This document shows positions 63,848-64,000 of a stretch of DNA of 64,000 bases, in pieces (the stretch's first letter is position 1; every line of letters starts with the position of its first letter). The notes beneath the pieces were generated by a model. It did no database searches. It was not told where the DNA came from and worked only from the letters and a program-made list of their open reading frames with translations. Source of the DNA: Thermodesulfobacteriota bacterium (GTDB taxonomy: Bacteria; Desulfobacterota_D; UBA1144); contig JAURPH010000012.1 of the NCBI GenBank assembly GCA_030835345.1, positions 623 through 64,622 of the forward strand, written 5' to 3'. Made by a program: the position numbers and the translations under genes.

Positions 63848-64000
63848 ATGAAAAATGTAACTTCTACTTCTAAAAGTAATTTTTTAAATTCCAAAAACTC
63901 ATATCTTGTTGGTAACTCTGAGAAATCTGAGTATGAAAGTGTTAAGGAATATTATTCACAAGCACTAGTTTCTCCCCTGTTGTCAGCATCTGAAGAAAAA
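63848..64000 (+). CDS. Hypothetical protein, N-terminal 51 aa only (continues beyond window)
   Basis: ATG with a good Shine-Dalgarno site, open to the window end (MKNVTSTSKSNFLNSKNSYLVGNSEKSEYESVKEYYSQALVSPLL...). Divergent from the MerR-like regulator. Confidence 0.5.
   Translation, partial: MKNVTSTSKSNFLNSKNSYLVGNSEKSEYESVKEYYSQALVSPLLSASEEK

Overview
This is a very AT-rich, tightly packed bacterial chromosome segment. About 78 protein genes, 3 tRNAs and 1 tmRNA fit in 64 kb, and many neighbouring genes overlap by 1-29 nt. The gene content points to a streamlined Gram-negative organism (Mla-type lipid transport, Lgt, SecDF/YajC, SecG, Tat). I cannot place the lineage from sequence alone. 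The one-piece tmRNA argues against Alphaproteobacteria, and clear Shine-Dalgarno sites argue against Bacteroidota.

Most of the window is housekeeping:
- nuoD-H-I-J-K-L-M-N, with no nuoEFG between D and H
- gltA, an RNase II/R-family nuclease, pyrG, rdgB, ssrA+smpB
- an mlaEFD-like operon, alr, htpX, msrA, recG, ugd, nth, ferredoxin
- secG-tpiA, rpmB, def, an IHF-like gene, rpmJ, lgt, a MoxR/VWA pair, crcB, msrB
- fumC, trxA, hisS, tatA, gyrB, dcd, pheS, secDF-yajC-tgt, dapB, yicC, rsmG, cspA

The most unusual stretch is about 36.9-44.5 kb. Between crcB and fumC lie ten genes I cannot assign. They include a four-member paralogous family with a conserved LE-x-W-[DN] ... [YH]WR skeleton. That family is interleaved with msrB, a membrane-anchored glutaredoxin-like gene and crcB.

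Other points worth follow-up:
- a secreted protein with about 20 [WF]P-[ILF]-[FY] repeats, translationally coupled into the Mla-like operon
- a CarH/LitR-like MerR regulator in which both cobalamin-ligand histidines are substituted
- a frameshifted autotransporter-like remnant next to ssrA

I found no CRISPR array, transposase, integrase or prophage genes.
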